60,743 nucleotides of DNA from a virus (IMGVR_UViG_3300013285_000001:1-60743), one strand, 5' to 3'; shown: positions 27,290-36,704, counted from the first letter of the stretch. Program-made: numbers and translations. Notes: generated by a model from the sequence alone, not told the origin.

Positions 27290-29987
27290 AGCCACCTTCT
27301 GCTGCTAGAGGAATATCCGCACACCAAGGTGGCGGGGTTTGCATGATCTCGATCATCTTGGCGAACGATGATTCGGCTTGGTCTTCAGGAACGCAGGTAA
27401 CGATCTCATCGTGCGTGGTCATCACCACGCGCATGGTCTTGGAGATTTCCAGCATCTGGTGCGAGCACACGATGATCCTGGCGAGAGCTTGGACAATGTT
27501 TTCACATAGCTTGCCGGAGTAGATCTTCGTGCGTGACTTTTTGGATTGGTATGACCACTCTTCCATACCCTGTTCGTTGAGGTCGCAGGAAAGGCCTGGG
27601 TACTTGAGCGCCATGCCGTTGGGCAACCAGATCGTCTCGAACTCGTAGTCGAGCGGGCCGAGCGTGTCCTTGGTGTTTGGCAGGGCCATGGCTTTGATGA
27701 CTTCACCGCACGTTGACCAGCCGTTGTAGATCTTCTTGTTGGTGGCTCTGTACTTGTTGACGATCTCCCTGCACTTGGCGGAGTCGAAGTGGACTGGAGG
27801 CCCGCCGAGCGCGCCCTTGGCCAACGTCAGCTGGAAGGTGAGCGGACCCATCTGGTAGCCGAGGCCCAAGACGCAATTGAAAACCAACACATCCGACACC
27901 GTGTACCGAAAACGCGGCCCTGCGTTGGCTATGTCGTAGACGCGAACTGTTCGAGTATTTGTTCTCCGGTCAAGCCTTTCCTCATGAGCTGGTATGTCCA
28001 GCTGTAGCTGTACGGACTCATGAAATCTGCTAGAGCTACAAGTTTTCCGTTCCACAGAATCTTTGCTGTGATGCGTCTGTTGCGTACTTGCTCTTTCCGT
28101 GTTGCCAACACGTACCGAGAGTCGTTTACGCGGTGTATCTGCGATGACGTGATCGTCACAGAACCGAACTTCTTGCCCAGCAGCTCCGGTACGTTGGAGC
28201 CCAACCATTTCGGATGCTGCTTGCCCGAGCGAAACAACCCGTCCGTCTTGGGCAAAGACTTCGTGGTCTGGTGTGGCTGTAAGACCGTCATACGTGATTA
28301 CCTCTTTGATACCTTGGTAAATGACTCCGCTATGAGTGACCCATTCGACGCCATCCCATAACCTGTCTTCAAGCGTGATCAGCTGTATGGGAACGAGTCC
28401 GCGATGGGTAAGAACGAGCGAACCTTCAGCAAAGCAGACCTTGCCAACGAATCGCTCCAGCTTGTCTTTCTTGGTGATCTCCCTGCCGTACACGGTGTCG
28501 CCGAACTTGCAGTACGCGTCGCGATCGCTTCCTGTGGCAAAACTTTGCTGATCCTTTGGTAGCTTGGCCTGAGCAGCGTCGTACTTGTCGGCGGCGCGGA
28601 AGGAGTCCAAGAGGTCTTTCTCGCCCCACAACCAGGCGTTGACTCGTGCCTCGATCTGGCCCGAGTCAGCGACGATCAGGACATGGCCTGGTGGCGCGAG
28701 GATGGACTGGCGCAGCTCGCCGCCACGGGTCAGGTTCTGCATGTTGATCTTGTTGTTGCCTCCGTACCGGCCGGTGTGAGCCCGGTAGTAGGAGTAACCG
28801 ACCGGCAGCTTCATCCCGTTGGCGCCGTCGCACAAGAACCTTTCGGCTTTGGTGGCGTTACCCACCGACTTGATGGCCAGGCGAGCGTCGACGAGGTTGC
28901 GAAGCCTGGCCTGCTTGGCGATGATTTCCGTCATGTCGTCAGGGTTGTCTACGTCGTAGTCAGATCCCCATACAGATATTTGTTCAGGAATGTCCAGGAA
29001 CTCGGTATCCGTCTTGGAGAACGCGTAGGAGTAGACCTCCTCGTCTTCACGTTCACTGGCGGGCTTCTTCAGCCATGCTGGCGAGACCTTCTCCGGCGGG
29101 ATAACTCCTTCAGCGCGCAGCAGCTCGGCGAACTTCGGGGAGCTGCCGACGACGCGCTTGATCACCAAATCATCGCGTTCTTTACCAACAAGGGCGCGTT
29201 CTTTCTTTGTCTTTAATACGGTCTTGTCGTCGTAGTAGTCGCCTGGGTTGAGGACGCTGGCGAGTGCGTCTTCACGTTGCTGTACTTCTCTGGCGTACTC
29301 GGCTTGCACACGTGGGATGTCCACCAGGAGCACCGGGTCGCAGAACATGCGCATCGTGAGGTCGATGATGTCCATCTCGGTGCTCGGCATCTTGGGGAGC
29401 ATGCACTTGAACACGTACAGCATTTCATCGACGTCGCCAACGCAGTACGGAGCCACGACGTCGAAGAGTTCTTGGTCCCAGTCGCGCACGCCCTTGGTGA
29501 GCTCAAGCACGCCGTCGATCTTGCCCTTGCCGCCATAGTGTTTAGACACCTCGTCCAGCCCGGCTCCGATGTCGTTGCTGTGCAGGCCACGGGCCATCGA
29601 CAAGGAGTCGAAGTAGTGGGACGGGATGACGTCGAAGTAGTGAGACAGGATGAACCCATCGAACTGCACGTTGTGGCACAGCAGGGTGTGGGTAGCCCAG
29701 TCGATCGATTTGACGATGGACTCGACTTGAGATCCGTCGACGATCTGGGTAGGCCAGAGGCCCACCTTGATCCCCATCATCTGCAGCTTGAACTCGTCGT
29801 CGCGCACGTACCCGGACGTGCTCATCTTGGACAGCGAGAAGTTCGTGTCGTAGTAGGTCTCGAAGTCAATGCACACCAGGCGGTCGTAGTCGACAACGGT
29901 TGGTGTGATCGAGGGTCCGGCGAAGGGTCTGCGTTCTTTCAGAATCTGCGCTTGCAGCGCCTTGGCCCAGCCGGTGGGTTTGGTCAT
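27267..29987 (-). CDS. polA: DNA polymerase family A, intein-containing
   Basis: Exo I IDFETYY, HNVQFD, motif A DSGQIEAR, motif B RFVGKV|CVLGLGY split by an intein, motif C THDE. Confidence 0.95.
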   Translation of the reverse strand: MTKPTGWAKALQAQILKERRPFAGPSITPTVVDYDRLVCIDFETYYDTNFSLSKMSTSGYVRDDEFKLQMMGIKVGLWPTQIVDGSQVESIVKSIDWATHTLLCHNVQFDGFILSHYFDVIPSHYFDSLSMARGLHSNDIGAGLDEVSKHYGGKGKIDGVLELTKGVRDWDQELFDVVAPYCVGDVDEMLYVFKCMLPKMPSTEMDIIDLTMRMFCDPVLLVDIPRVQAEYAREVQQREDALASVLNPGDYYDDKTVLKTKKERALVGKERDDLVIKRVVGSSPKFAELLRAEGVIPPEKVSPAWLKKPASEREDEEVYSYAFSKTDTEFLDIPEQISVWGSDYDVDNPDDMTEIIAKQARLRNLVDARLAIKSVGNATKAERFLCDGANGMKLPVGYSYYRAHTGRYGGNNKINMQNLTRGGELRQSILAPPGHVLIVADSGQIEARVNAWLWGEKDLLDSFRAADKYDAAQAKLPKDQQSFATGSDRDAYCKFGDTVYGREITKKDKLERFVGKVCFAEGSLVLTHRGLVPIQLITLEDRLWDGVEWVTHSGVIYQGIKEVITYDGLTATPDHEVFAQDGRVVSLGQAASEMVGLQRTGAAGQEVRFCDDHVIADTPRKRLSVRVGNTERASTQQTHHSKDSVERKTCSSSRFHESVQLQLDIPAHEERLDRRTNTRTVRVYDIANAGPRFRYTVSDVLVFNCVLGLGYQMGPLTFQLTLAKGALGGPPVHFDSAKCREIVNKYRATNKKIYNGWSTCGEVIKAMALPNTKDTLGPLDYEFETIWLPNGMALKYPGLSCDLNEQGMEEWSYQSKKSRTKIYSGKLCENIVQALARIIVCSHQMLEISKTMRVVMTTHDEIVTCVPEDQAESSFAKMIEIMQTPPPWCADIPLAAEGGYAYNYSK
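27876..28436 (-). mobile_element. Intein (187 aa) in PolA motif B
   Basis: Block A CFAEGSLVLT, block B TATPDHEVF, block F VYDI, terminal VFN followed by +1 Cys. Confidence 0.92.
27929..28291 (-). CDS. Alternative-frame ORF nested in the intein; degenerate HNH-type homing endonuclease
   Basis: Own SD GAGGT 8 nt before ATG; LGKKFGSVTI, ATRKEQVRNRR and YQLMRKGLTGE motifs. Confidence 0.65.
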   Translation of the reverse strand: MTVLQPHQTTKSLPKTDGLFRSGKQHPKWLGSNVPELLGKKFGSVTITSSQIHRVNDSRYVLATRKEQVRNRRITAKILWNGKLVALADFMSPYSYSWTYQLMRKGLTGEQILEQFASTT

Positions 29988-31438
29988 GTTGTCTCTGCGG
30001 TGGCTCGTTTCTTAGGGGTTTTGGCGGGAGTGGTCGTTACTGCGGCGAACGGCACCACTGGGGTGAGCGAGGCGAACAGCTGGAGCAAGCTGGTCATGCG
30101 GGCGTCTTTGCTGAGCAGCGCGTCGTAGACCTTCTCTTCTAGCGTGTCTTTGGCCACGATGACGAGCGTGTCGGTCTTCTCGGTTTGGCCCAGCCTGCGC
30201 TGACGTGACGACGCCTGCACGAAGATCTCCAGGTCGTACGTCGGCGACGCCCAGATCGTGGACGTGCCTGTGGTCAGGGTGTGGCCGTGGCCGATGGACT
30301 TGGGGTGACCGATGAGCACGTCGTACGCCCCGGCCTGGTACGAGCGCACGATGTCGTATCGCTCTTTGTCCGAGGTGTCGCCGTCGAATACAGCGAACTT
30401 CAGGCCGCGCTTTTCAGCTTCTTCGACCAGCAGATCACGCTGGTGCTTCCACAGAAACAGCACCAGTGGGTGCTTGCGCTGCTCCACGAGATCCATGATG
30501 AGCTCGTACCTGGCGCGGTCGACGACGTGGTAGTTGCTGGGGGACAAGTACACCGCACCGGAGGCAACTTGCAGTAATTTGGTCGCTACGGCGGCTGCGT
30601 TGATGGCGGTCACTGAGCCTTTACCGCCGAGCTCCAGCATCTGGGTCTTTTCGACTTCCCGGTACGCACGTTCTTGCGTGGCGGTCAGCTCGTACGTCAT
30701 TGCGTACCTGTTGTTGTCGGGGATGTCGGCGCAGTCGTCGAGCTTGTGGCGAACCACGATGTCGGACAGCAGCCCGAACACGGCGTCTTCGGCCCCGGCT
30801 TTGTCCGTCCACTTGATCATGTTTTGGCGGGGACCGACTTGGACCGGAGAGGCCACGGATGCCCTGAACGGCATGAACAACTTGCCAAGTCGTTTGCCAT
30901 CGTCGAGCAACAAGATCTGATGGAACACGTCGGTGATCGAGTTTGAGTTCGGCGTGCCAGTCATGCACGTGCGGAACTTGAAATATTTGGTGATCTTGGC
31001 CAGGGCACGTGATCGCTGCGACGTGTAGTGCTTGAATGCGGTGGACTCATCGATAGCGAGTTCGTCGAACTTTGCGAAGAATGGTGCTTTTTGATTTGCC
31101 AACCACTTTGCAGCATCGTGGTTGGTGACGTAGATGTCAGCCGGCTCGGCGAATGCTTCGGCCCGGTTGTCGGATGCGGCTACGGACACGACTAGGTGGG
31201 GAGCGAACTTGGCGATGTCAGCGGCCCACACGGTGCGCATGATTGAGCGTGGGCACATGACGAGCGCGCAGCCGGAGCCGGCGGCCCGACGCTTGGCGAA
31301 CGCCATGATGCGCACGAACGTTTTGCCGGTGCCAGGGTCGCTCGTGTCAAACACGATGTCTGAGTGCTCGTTGTGAGCAAGTGAGACCAGCTGGTGAGCG
31401 AATGGCTTGATGACTGGTTTCTTGGGGATCATGCTCAT
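29984..31438 (-). CDS. SNF2-family helicase
   Basis: DPGTGKT, IDEST, MTGTP, GHGHTL, QASSRQRRLGQ. Confidence 0.92.
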   Translation of the reverse strand: MSMIPKKPVIKPFAHQLVSLAHNEHSDIVFDTSDPGTGKTFVRIMAFAKRRAAGSGCALVMCPRSIMRTVWAADIAKFAPHLVVSVAASDNRAEAFAEPADIYVTNHDAAKWLANQKAPFFAKFDELAIDESTAFKHYTSQRSRALAKITKYFKFRTCMTGTPNSNSITDVFHQILLLDDGKRLGKLFMPFRASVASPVQVGPRQNMIKWTDKAGAEDAVFGLLSDIVVRHKLDDCADIPDNNRYAMTYELTATQERAYREVEKTQMLELGGKGSVTAINAAAVATKLLQVASGAVYLSPSNYHVVDRARYELIMDLVEQRKHPLVLFLWKHQRDLLVEEAEKRGLKFAVFDGDTSDKERYDIVRSYQAGAYDVLIGHPKSIGHGHTLTTGTSTIWASPTYDLEIFVQASSRQRRLGQTEKTDTLVIVAKDTLEEKVYDALLSKDARMTSLLQLFASLTPVVPFAAVTTTPAKTPKKRATAETT

Positions 31439-32184
31439 GGCTTGGGCTTCTTCGCGTTATTTTTCAATGGCTTCGGGGTGGATTGCCGGTTCACCCCCAC
31501 CGTGCAGTGGTTCGAGTTCCAGGGGCCGTACTGGCACCACTGGCACGAGAACACGTTGGGGTTGGCCGGCCAGTTGGTGCAGCTGGTGAGCGCTCGGCCA
31601 CGGCGGTCGAAGTTGGCTTTGAAGCGCAGGATCTGGGAGCGGGTGAAAGTGGCCGAGGTGAGCTCTTTGGCATCCAAGTACCAAAGCTCAGTCGTGACGA
31701 GTTCGAGCTCAGGGAACCGCAGCACAGCGTTCAGTGCATAGAGCTGGGTCTGCTCGGCGTGCTTGACTTCGTTGCCGTACTTTTTGCCGGACTTGTAGTC
31801 GATGACGATCGCTTCGTCCGGGGTAGGCATCACGATCGCGTCGACCTTTGATCGGTGCCAGCCAGTCCCCCACTCGGTGGGCTCCCAGTTCTCATCAACC
31901 GCCCACTCGCCTTCCATCGACACCATGCCCTTGGTGTAGAGCAGCTTGAGGTGCTCGAATTCGGGAGCGAACTCCTTCATCTCCGGGATCTGTTCGCCCA
32001 GCGTGCCGTTGACGAACTCTTCGCATGCCGTGTGGATGCGCGTCCCACGGTCGTTCGCGTGTTCGGTTTTGCCTTGCGGCAAAGCGCGCTCAGGCTCGGG
32101 GATCTTTTGGTCGTGCTTTAACCAGCAGAGGAATTTGCACTTCTCGAAATCTCCGAGCTTGCTGTGGGACCATGAGGTGATCAT
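31435..32184 (-). CDS. PD-(D/E)XK (Cas4/RecB-like) exonuclease
   Basis: WSHSKL...C, RGTRIH, KVD...IDYKSGK, QTQLY, CQWC...C. Confidence 0.88.
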   Translation of the reverse strand: MITSWSHSKLGDFEKCKFLCWLKHDQKIPEPERALPQGKTEHANDRGTRIHTACEEFVNGTLGEQIPEMKEFAPEFEHLKLLYTKGMVSMEGEWAVDENWEPTEWGTGWHRSKVDAIVMPTPDEAIVIDYKSGKKYGNEVKHAEQTQLYALNAVLRFPELELVTTELWYLDAKELTSATFTRSQILRFKANFDRRGRALTSCTNWPANPNVFSCQWCQYGPWNSNHCTVGVNRQSTPKPLKNNAKKPKP

Positions 32185-32221
32185 CTCTATCTTTCTTCAT
32201 TTATCGAAGTACGATTTTAGA

Positions 32222-32500
32222 TCAGGTGGCGGCGCGAACGGCGTCTAGGACGGACTGCAGCCCCCAGGCAAAGTCGTTCGCGCTGTCTTCGGTGGGTAGA
32301 TCAGCTACGCGTATGGCCATGGTCATGTCGTCGGGAACGTAGCGTGGATACATGTACACGGACCAGCCGGTTTCCGTTCCCTCTTGTTTTTCGGGGGGGG
32401 CGTCATCCAAGCCGTACTCGTAGAACGGGTGAACTTCGGTTTTGTCGTACAGAGCTAAGTGCGTGTCCCCGGGGATGTCGATGAAGTAGGTATCAGTCAT
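32222..32500 (-). CDS. Hypothetical protein
   Basis: MTDTYFIDIPG start; GWSVY...VADLPT. Confidence 0.55.
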   Translation of the reverse strand: MTDTYFIDIPGDTHLALYDKTEVHPFYEYGLDDAPPEKQEGTETGWSVYMYPRYVPDDMTMAIRVADLPTEDSANDFAWGLQSVLDAVRAAT

Positions 32501-32681
32501 TGGAGAGCTCCGGGTCAGTTTGCGACCAGTGGATAGCGTTCCAACCGGCTTCGCACATGAGATCTTCGACGCGGGCGGGGTTGGCGTTGCCCATCTCATC
32601 GGGGAGAAACACGCATACCGCGAAGTCCCTTGCCCGTAGGTCGGCGATGGCCTTGATGTCGTTTTCGGTGAGAGCATTCAT
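32493..32681 (-). CDS. Hypothetical protein
   Basis: LRARDFAVCVFLPDEM...VEDLMCEAGWNAI; coupled to neighbours. Confidence 0.6.
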   Translation of the reverse strand: MNALTENDIKAIADLRARDFAVCVFLPDEMGNANPARVEDLMCEAGWNAIHWSQTDPELSND

Positions 32682-33796
32682 ACTGAAATCCTTACTGATT
32701 CACCCCAAGGTGGTACCACGTCAGTAGTAAGAACCCACAGCACGGGGTAGGGTGGTGGGGTGGCGGGGAAGTTTCCGTACCCATCGGTGAGATAGATAAA
32801 GCACGAAGGGGTGATGGCCTTGTCCTCCAGGTATCTGAACGGGGGACGGAAGTCAGTACCGCCTCCGCCGTGTATCTCGAACTTGACAGGGTCATGCTCG
32901 GCGTACGTATCGACGTGTCTCACGAGGTCGTCGCAGTAGACGTTGATGAGCTTTTCGGGCATGGCAGAGGCATGGGCTGCGAGGATCTCGCTGCCGAAGA
33001 TGTTCAGCACGTACTGGTCGATCGACCCAGACGTGTCGATGCCGACGGCCAGCGTGTTGAGTGCTTCGCTGTGCAGGCTGGGCAAGTAGTACCCAAATGG
33101 CAGCATGCGGCGTTGCGGACGAGACCAGCTGTAGTCGCGCTTGCTGGACTCGTACATGAAGCGGCGTAGGCGGGACTTCCAGTCGACTTTGTGGTTGACG
33201 AGCTCGTCCGCGTAACGCCGCATGGACTTAGGCAGTTTGTTCAGGGATTGGGCGATCTTGGCCGCTTGGATGGTGGCTATCTGCCAGGCAAGGTCTTCTT
33301 CAGCGCCTGGTGTCCCGTCGGGGTCGTCACCCTCTTGCGCCGGGCCAGGCGCGTGATCCATGTCGTCTTGCGAACAGTCGGAGTCGTTGTCTTCGTCGTC
33401 GAGCAGCGTGTAGACGTGGTCGGTGGTCATGCCCCGGTACTGCGGATTTAGCAGCCAGTCGGGGCTGATTTCCATGTGATCGTCCGCCAGGAGCTGGTTC
33501 AAGACGTAGTCAGCGGCTCGGTTCCAACGCTTGTGGTTGCGTGACCCGCATCGTCCGATGTGCTGTAGGACAACGTGCATCACTTCGTGGGCGATTGCCG
33601 ACTTGATCAGGTTCGGGGTGAGCGTGTGTACGTACACGGGGTTGTAGTAAATGTGGCGTTTGTTGACGCACAGGGTCTCGATCGATGGGTCTTCTACCAT
33701 CGACAACCGGAGCGCAAGAACCCCATACATAGGATGCTCGATGTATAGCGCCGTCCTGGCCCGGGTGAGCTTGGTGGCGGCCTCGTGATCAATCAT
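32678..33796 (-). CDS. Metallopeptidase-VWA protein (DUF2201-like)
   Basis: HEVMH, WNRAADY, MIDAS DTSGS, GGGGTDF, YLTDG. Confidence 0.9.
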   Translation of the reverse strand: MIDHEAATKLTRARTALYIEHPMYGVLALRLSMVEDPSIETLCVNKRHIYYNPVYVHTLTPNLIKSAIAHEVMHVVLQHIGRCGSRNHKRWNRAADYVLNQLLADDHMEISPDWLLNPQYRGMTTDHVYTLLDDEDNDSDCSQDDMDHAPGPAQEGDDPDGTPGAEEDLAWQIATIQAAKIAQSLNKLPKSMRRYADELVNHKVDWKSRLRRFMYESSKRDYSWSRPQRRMLPFGYYLPSLHSEALNTLAVGIDTSGSIDQYVLNIFGSEILAAHASAMPEKLINVYCDDLVRHVDTYAEHDPVKFEIHGGGGTDFRPPFRYLEDKAITPSCFIYLTDGYGNFPATPPPYPVLWVLTTDVVPPWGESVRISV

Positions 33797-34031
33797 GGTC
33801 GAATCCCAGTTCAGTTTTGAATTCCCCTAAGCATTTCACGAGCCAGTGGGCTTGGGCATATTCAAGGCATACGTAGCTGTCTTGGTAGCACGCGCTGTGA
33901 GATGGGAAGTGAGCTATGAAACCGTTGCCGGTGTCAGTAAGCTTGCAAAAGGGGTTGCGGGTGTAAAGATTTTTGGTGTTCTTGAGCTTTACTTTGGCGA
34001 CGTTGTTTTTGCGTCTAACTACTTCAGTCAT
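33789..34031 (-). CDS. Hypothetical protein
   Basis: TDTGNGFIAHFPS motif; overlaps the next gene. Confidence 0.55.
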   Translation of the reverse strand: MTEVVRRKNNVAKVKLKNTKNLYTRNPFCKLTDTGNGFIAHFPSHSACYQDSYVCLEYAQAHWLVKCLGEFKTELGFDHD

Positions 34032-34175
34032 GTTTATTCCCCAATCTTTCGCAACGCGCGAGGGCGGCGCGGAGGTCATCAATTTCCTCCTGCATCCGCC
34101 TTTGGATCATGGTGTGGCTCACCATGCCGGTTTGATGATCTGGATGTTCTACACACCGTTGTTCCCAAGTCTTAA

Positions 34176-34436
34176 TCATCCCTCACCCCCAATCCCATAT
34201 GCCTTCTCGACTGCACGGATTAGCCTGATGTGCCACGTTGATTTCTTTGCGTGGATAGGATCGACTCTGACGGTAGTGGCAATTCGCTCAATCTCCTCAT
34301 CCGTCAGCGGCTTGCGCTGGAGTGGGTGAGCGTAGAGGGGTCCAATTTCCCATCCGCTACCAACAGGCGGCTCCAAGCCGAGCAACCACTCCTCAGTAGC
34401 CGGTGAGCAGAATCGGTATGCGACAGGTTTACTCAT
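34176..34436 (-). CDS. Hypothetical protein (PVA...PLY...PLTDEEI family)
   Basis: KPVAY...PLYAHP..RKPLTDEEI...RAVEKAYGI. Confidence 0.65.
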   Translation of the reverse strand: MSKPVAYRFCSPATEEWLLGLEPPVGSGWEIGPLYAHPLQRKPLTDEEIERIATTVRVDPIHAKKSTWHIRLIRAVEKAYGIGGEG

Positions 34437-35052
34437 GGCTTTCTCCAAACTCACACAGCAGGGTATCGGCATCGTCAATCGCAGCAACCAAAGCGCACCA
34501 TGCCGTAAAGGCTTTGCCCTCAGTGTCTGCCGCTGACTCAGGGTCAGATTCAACAAGATTTCGCGCAGCATCCTGCACAGTCTTCAGCTTCTTGAGGATT
34601 GCCCACGCATCCCTTAAAGAGGCTTGGGTTTCTTTTAACAAGTCCCATTCTTGGGCGATGGTTTCCGCAGTTGGCTGCGCTGCTGCGTAAAGCGGTTGCC
34701 AATAGTTAGCGTCCCAATCAGCCGCCTTAGGCCTGCTAATTTCTCGCCGCAAAAGTCCCGTTTCTTTGTGCATCCACGCCACCGGCTCCTGCTCAGGCTG
34801 AGTTTTATTTCCTTTTATCTCAGACGGAATAACTGGCTCAGGCTGCGCGAGGGCAGCATGAAGTTCTTGTTTTTTTGCTTCGTACATGGAGTGCAACCAC
34901 TCCACGCGACTAGCGTAGTCAGAAGCCACCCAATCTTTGCTGTCTGGGTATAGAGATTTCGGGAGCGGATAGGGCTTCTGCTCAGGCTTCTGCTCCGGCT
35001 TCGCGAGGGCAGCGCGTACATCGTCGTCAAAAATGATTTGTGGGATGCTCAT
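34429..35052 (-). CDS. Mosaic EPVAW-type phage protein
   Basis: AALAQPEP, QEPVAW...PLYAA repeats. Confidence 0.65.
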   Translation of the reverse strand: MSIPQIIFDDDVRAALAKPEQKPEQKPYPLPKSLYPDSKDWVASDYASRVEWLHSMYEAKKQELHAALAQPEPVIPSEIKGNKTQPEQEPVAWMHKETGLLRREISRPKAADWDANYWQPLYAAAQPTAETIAQEWDLLKETQASLRDAWAILKKLKTVQDAARNLVESDPESAADTEGKAFTAWCALVAAIDDADTLLCEFGESHE

Positions 35053-35579
35053 GCTGCCAACCTCAAGAAAGGGTTTGTGTAGTCGCACCAAGTGAGACCG
35101 CGTTTGATTTGTCCGATCGTGGATTGGCCAACGCCGTATTTCAGGCCGAGGACGCGCTGGGATTCATTCGAGCCGAGGATTTCTTGAGCCATTTCAGCGG
35201 TTAACTTTGCGCGGGTTAACCTGACTTTGTCGCTGATGCGCTTGGATTTGTTGATCCGTTGGGCGACGTTGAATTCGGAGTCGTTTCGGCGTTGAAGCGT
35301 GCTGCGATTGATTTCCGCGAGGTGTTCGAGACGTACGCAGTTGGTGTTTCCGCATGTGTACGTAGCTACTTGCTGAGGGTTCAGCTTGCGTCGCTTGGAT
35401 GTCTCAAGCACCAGCCGGCGCACGGAGACTCCGTTTTTGCCGCCAGGTGCGCGCATCGTTAGACATTTGTTGCCGGACTGGGTAGCCCCGGCTCCGGTCC
35501 ATGTCATGCACCCCGTGTCTTCGTCCGCGACGCATCTTGCGTAGACGATGTTGAGCAGCTTACCGATTGACGTGCTCAC
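35049..35579 (-). CDS. HNH-like endonuclease with C-terminal HTH
   Basis: GCMTWTG...CGNTNCVRLEHL...AKLT...LGLKYGVGQSTIGQIKRGLTW; GTG start overlapping the upstream stop. Confidence 0.75.
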   Translation of the reverse strand: MSTSIGKLLNIVYARCVADEDTGCMTWTGAGATQSGNKCLTMRAPGGKNGVSVRRLVLETSKRRKLNPQQVATYTCGNTNCVRLEHLAEINRSTLQRRNDSEFNVAQRINKSKRISDKVRLTRAKLTAEMAQEILGSNESQRVLGLKYGVGQSTIGQIKRGLTWCDYTNPFLRLAA

Positions 35580-35908
35580 TTTTTGCACGGGTACGCTTGC
35601 GTCAGGGCTCGACTCACGAGGGTGCTTGCCACGTCGTTTCGTTCTGCGGGGTTGTTGTAGAGGTACTTCATGACGATGTCTCCGATCTGCTCGCCAGTCA
35701 CGTTGTTGGGGGCGCAGAACGTGATGCCTTCGTAGGCATCGTGGACGCCCATCACATACCCCATGAAGAATCCAGCCCCATACGTGGGTGTGGCGTAGGC
35801 AGTTTCTTTTCCGTAGTCGAATATCTTGTTTCCGTTTTTGAAGGCTGCGTGTACTGGAGAGCACAGGGCGGCGAGCGTGATAAACGCAGTAGCGAGTAAC
35901 TTGTTCAT
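35576..35908 (-). CDS. Rap1a/Tai-like secreted immunity protein
   Basis: Signal peptide; GN..., GYVMGVHD, FCAP, QIGDIVMKYL..NP..R, ALTQAYPC. Confidence 0.75.
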   Translation of the reverse strand: MNKLLATAFITLAALCSPVHAAFKNGNKIFDYGKETAYATPTYGAGFFMGYVMGVHDAYEGITFCAPNNVTGEQIGDIVMKYLYNNPAERNDVASTLVSRALTQAYPCKK

Positions 35909-36111
35909 TCGAATTCCTTTTTTAGCTCGATGTACTGGGCGTGGCGAAGACGCTTATCGTCTTCGTCTTTGTATGTGTATGCGACGAATTTATCTAGAAA
36001 CTCTGCTGCAAGTTCAGCAGGCGTTGCGTACCATTCCTCTTCGCGCTGGCTAGAGATGCTGGCTATGAAATTTTCGATAGTTTCTTGGAGCAGTTCTCTG
36101 TCGAGTTTCAT
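35905..36111 (-). CDS. Hypothetical protein
   Basis: ATGA-coupled on both sides. Confidence 0.6.
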   Translation of the reverse strand: MKLDRELLQETIENFIASISSQREEEWYATPAELAAEFLDKFVAYTYKDEDDKRLRHAQYIELKKEFE

Positions 36112-36440
36112 TTCAGTATCTCTGCGGTTGGTTCAGCGCCGTTCCACTCACTGCCCATCTCGGTCTCGGATGCTTGTTCTATAGCGTCTTCTTCCGATTC
36201 AGCTTCGATGTGAAAGACGATAGTTTTTTGCAGCTTGACCGCGTAGGTTTGTTGCGCAGGGATTGGTTTTTTCGTCTCGAAGTATTCAAACAGAAACTCG
36301 GGGTCGTCCAGCAGTCTTTGGTAGTGGACGCAGTCTTGCAGCTCTTGTTTGCTCATACGTGTACCGTGGGTCTGCAGGTAACACAGTATTGCGTTCTGGA
36401 ATATGGCGCGGTACGCGTGAGGTTGTGTGGGCCTGGTCAT
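36108..36440 (-). CDS. Hypothetical protein
   Basis: IEAESEEDAIEQA motif. Confidence 0.6.
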   Translation of the reverse strand: MTRPTQPHAYRAIFQNAILCYLQTHGTRMSKQELQDCVHYQRLLDDPEFLFEYFETKKPIPAQQTYAVKLQKTIVFHIEAESEEDAIEQASETEMGSEWNGAEPTAEILK

Positions 36441-36449
36441 TGAGTGCTT

Positions 36450-36605
36450 TCAGCTGAACCACAAGAACAAACCGTGGAGTATTCCGATCGGGAAGAAGAT
36501 CGCACCGGCGACAAGGAACCCCCACATAGCGTGCCCGAAGCAGTAGAAGATGTGGGTGAGCCAGGCAGCGATAACTGCGATGTAGAGGGCGATTGCCATG
36601 TTCAT
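36450..36605 (-). CDS. Small membrane protein
   Basis: AWLTHIFYC...WGFLVAGAIFFPIGILHG. Confidence 0.6.
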   Translation of the reverse strand: MNMAIALYIAVIAAWLTHIFYCFGHAMWGFLVAGAIFFPIGILHGLFLWFS

Positions 36606-36704
36606 TTTTCGAACGCTCCCATAAACAGCGCGACCAGGGTTCCCGCGCAAATGACGGCGATCAGAAGATCAGCCAGGTGGTGTTTGTAGGTTTTGGCAAT
36701 ATGT

